DNA from: Fistulifera solaris
Lineage: Eukaryota
DNA length: 64,000 bases
Direction of reading: 5' to 3'
Assembly (NCBI GenBank): GCA_030295235.1
Contig: AP026123.1
Location: 496,001-560,000 of the forward strand
A program made the translations under genes and the position numbers. Positions 61,850 to 64,000 of this stretch are shown here, in pieces. Each line of letters starts with the position of its first letter. The stretch's first letter is position 1. The notes below the pieces were generated by a model that did not search any database, was not told the origin of the DNA, and worked only from the letters and a program-made list of their open reading frames with translations.

Positions 61850-63850
61850 CTATGATGGTAAAGTGTTGGTTGTACGCGATCGCGACTAAATTTCAGTCAC
61901 TATCAGAAGAAGAAAACGGCATTGAAACGCCACCATAGTGATCCTCACACAAAAGCGTGAAGTGTATAATCAAATGCCATGGAAAAACCAATATATAAGC
62001 TAACTATCATCTCCATTCCAAATTTGAAACGCAGCTATATGCGTCGAAAAGCAATCCGCATCGTCGAATGCCATTTTCACTATAATGGTAAAGTGATGGT
62101 TGTACGCGATCGCGACTAAATAATTTCAGTCACTATCAAAAGAAGAAAACGACATTGAAACGCCACCAAAGTGATCCTCAAACAAAAGCGCGAAGTCTAT
62201 AATAAAATTCCTTTCAAATACCAATATATGAAATATGAACTAACTATCATCTTCATTCGAAACGCAACTATATGTGTCGAAAAGCATCCGTTTCGTCGAC
62301 TGCAATTTTTACTATAATGGTAAAGTGATGGTTGTACGCGATCAAGACTAAATTTCAGTCGCTTGAAACGCCACCGAAGCAATGAGAGCACCAAAGTTGT
62401 TCACAAACAAAAGCGCGAAGTGTATAATCAAATACCAATCAAATACCAATATATGAAATATGAACTAACTATCATCTTCATTCGAAACGCAACTATATGC
62501 GTCGAAAAGCATCCGTATCGTCGAATGCCATTTTCACTATAATGGTAAAGTGATGGTTGTACGCGATCGCGACTAAATAACTTCAGTCACTATCAAAAGA
62601 AGAAAACGACATTGAAACGCCACCAAAGTGATCCTCAAACAAAAGCGCGAAGTGTATAATAAAATTCCTTTCAAATACCAATATATGAAATATGAACTAA
62701 CTATCATCTTCATTCGAAACGCAACTATTTGCGTCGAAAAGCATCCGTTTCGTCGACTGCAGTTTTTACTATAATGGTAAAGTGTTGGTTGTACGCGATC
62801 AAGACTAAATTTCAGTCGCTTGAAACGCCACCGAAGCAATGAGAGCACCAAAGTTGTTCACAAACAAAAGCGCGAAGTGTATAATCAAATACCAATCAAA
62901 TACCAATATATGAAATATGAACTAACTATCATCTTCATTCGAAACGCAACTATATGCGTCGAAAAGCAATCCGCATCGTCGAATGCCATTTTCACTATAA
63001 TGGTAAAGTGATGGTTGTACGCGATCGCGACTAAATAATTTCAGTCACTATCAAAAGAAGAAAACGACATTGAAACGCCACCAAAGTGATCCTCAAACAA
63101 AAGCGCGAAGTGTATAATCAAATACCATTCAAATACCAATATATGAAATATGAACTAACTATCATCTTCATTCGAAACGCAACTATATGTGTCGAAAAGC
63201 ATCCGTATCGTCGAATGCAGTTTTTACTATAATGGCAAAGTGATGGTTGTACGCGATCAAGACTAAATTTCAGTCGCTTGAAACGCCACCGAAGCAATGA
63301 GAGCACCAAAGTTGTTCACAAACAAAAGCGCGAAGTGTATAATCAAATACCATTCAAATACCAATATATGAAATATGAACTAACTATCATCTTCATTCGA
63401 AACGCAACTATATGTGTCGAAAAGCATCCGTATCGTCGAATGCAGTTTTTACTATAATGGCAAAGTGATGGTTGTACGCGATCAAGACTAAATTTCAGTC
63501 GCTTGAAACGCCACCGAAGCAATGAGAGCACCAAAGTTGTTCACAAACAAAAGCGCGAAGTGTATAATCAAATAACATTCAAATTACAATATATGAAATA
63601 TGAACTAATAACATCTTCATTCGAAACGCAATTATTTGCGACGAAAAGCATGCGTATCGTCGACTGCCATTTTCACTATAACGGTAAAGTGTTGGTTCCA
63701 CGCGATCGCGACTAAATTTCAGTCACTGCCACTGAAGCAATGAGAGCACCAAGGTTGTCCGCAAACAAAAGCGCGAAGTCGATAATCAAATACCATGGAA
63801 ATACCAATAACTGAACTAACACTATCATCTTCATTCGAAACGCAACTATC
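61850..63850. repeat. AT-rich tandem satellite, ~9 monomers of 224-233 bp with A/B alternation
   Basis: tggtaaagtg(a/t)tggttgtacgcgatc recurs at ~61856, 62086, 62318, 62542, 62775, 63001, 63233, 63458, 63682. Confidence 0.95.
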
Positions 63851-64000
63851 CAGTTCGGGTAACCTTACAACAGATAGATTGAAAGTAAGTACCGGTAAGA
63901 TAGCTGACTATCACTCGCGTCTTAAAATAAAACACGAGTCGTGTTTTTGTATCTGCTTTATAGTACTCGACGATCTCTCGCTCGCGCATGCAGCTCGCTG

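Noticed and set aside
62197..63715. Repeated 63-92 aa ORFs (MVLSLLRWRFKR...)
   Set aside because: Translations of satellite monomers with non-ATG starts.

Overview
Gene-dense eukaryotic nuclear DNA, almost certainly from a diatom: short GT-AG introns, bipartite signal+ASAF-type plastid presequences, and diatom-type AdoMetDC/aminopropyltransferase/SET fusions. About 23 protein-coding genes can be reconstructed, including Rad1, DnaJ, SPX-MFS, CreA, a double UDP-glucuronate epimerase, DUF1995, MTO1/GidA, exportin-5, HPRT, proteasome alpha-6, kinesin-14, CTL/SLC44, DUS2, a GGCT-like protein, a thylakoid bestrophin and a SMARCAL1-like SNF2. Many are split by 1-bp frameshifts, mostly at homopolymer runs, which points to unpolished long-read errors. 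Most notable: (1) a 324-bp tRNA-derived SINE-like insertion with a perfect 13-bp target-site duplication, whose homologous empty site is visible elsewhere in the window; (2) two neighbouring long-chain-polyamine fusion paralogues with complementary loss of catalytic motifs; (3) a tandem two-domain UDP-GlcA epimerase joined by an RXL-containing linker; (4) a ~60-bp palindromic satellite with an inverted 363-bp higher-order block; (5) a dispersed ~220-240-bp intergenic repeat family; (6) a CCRE/CRE cluster upstream of the bestrophin. All calls come from reading the sequence; no database searches were run.
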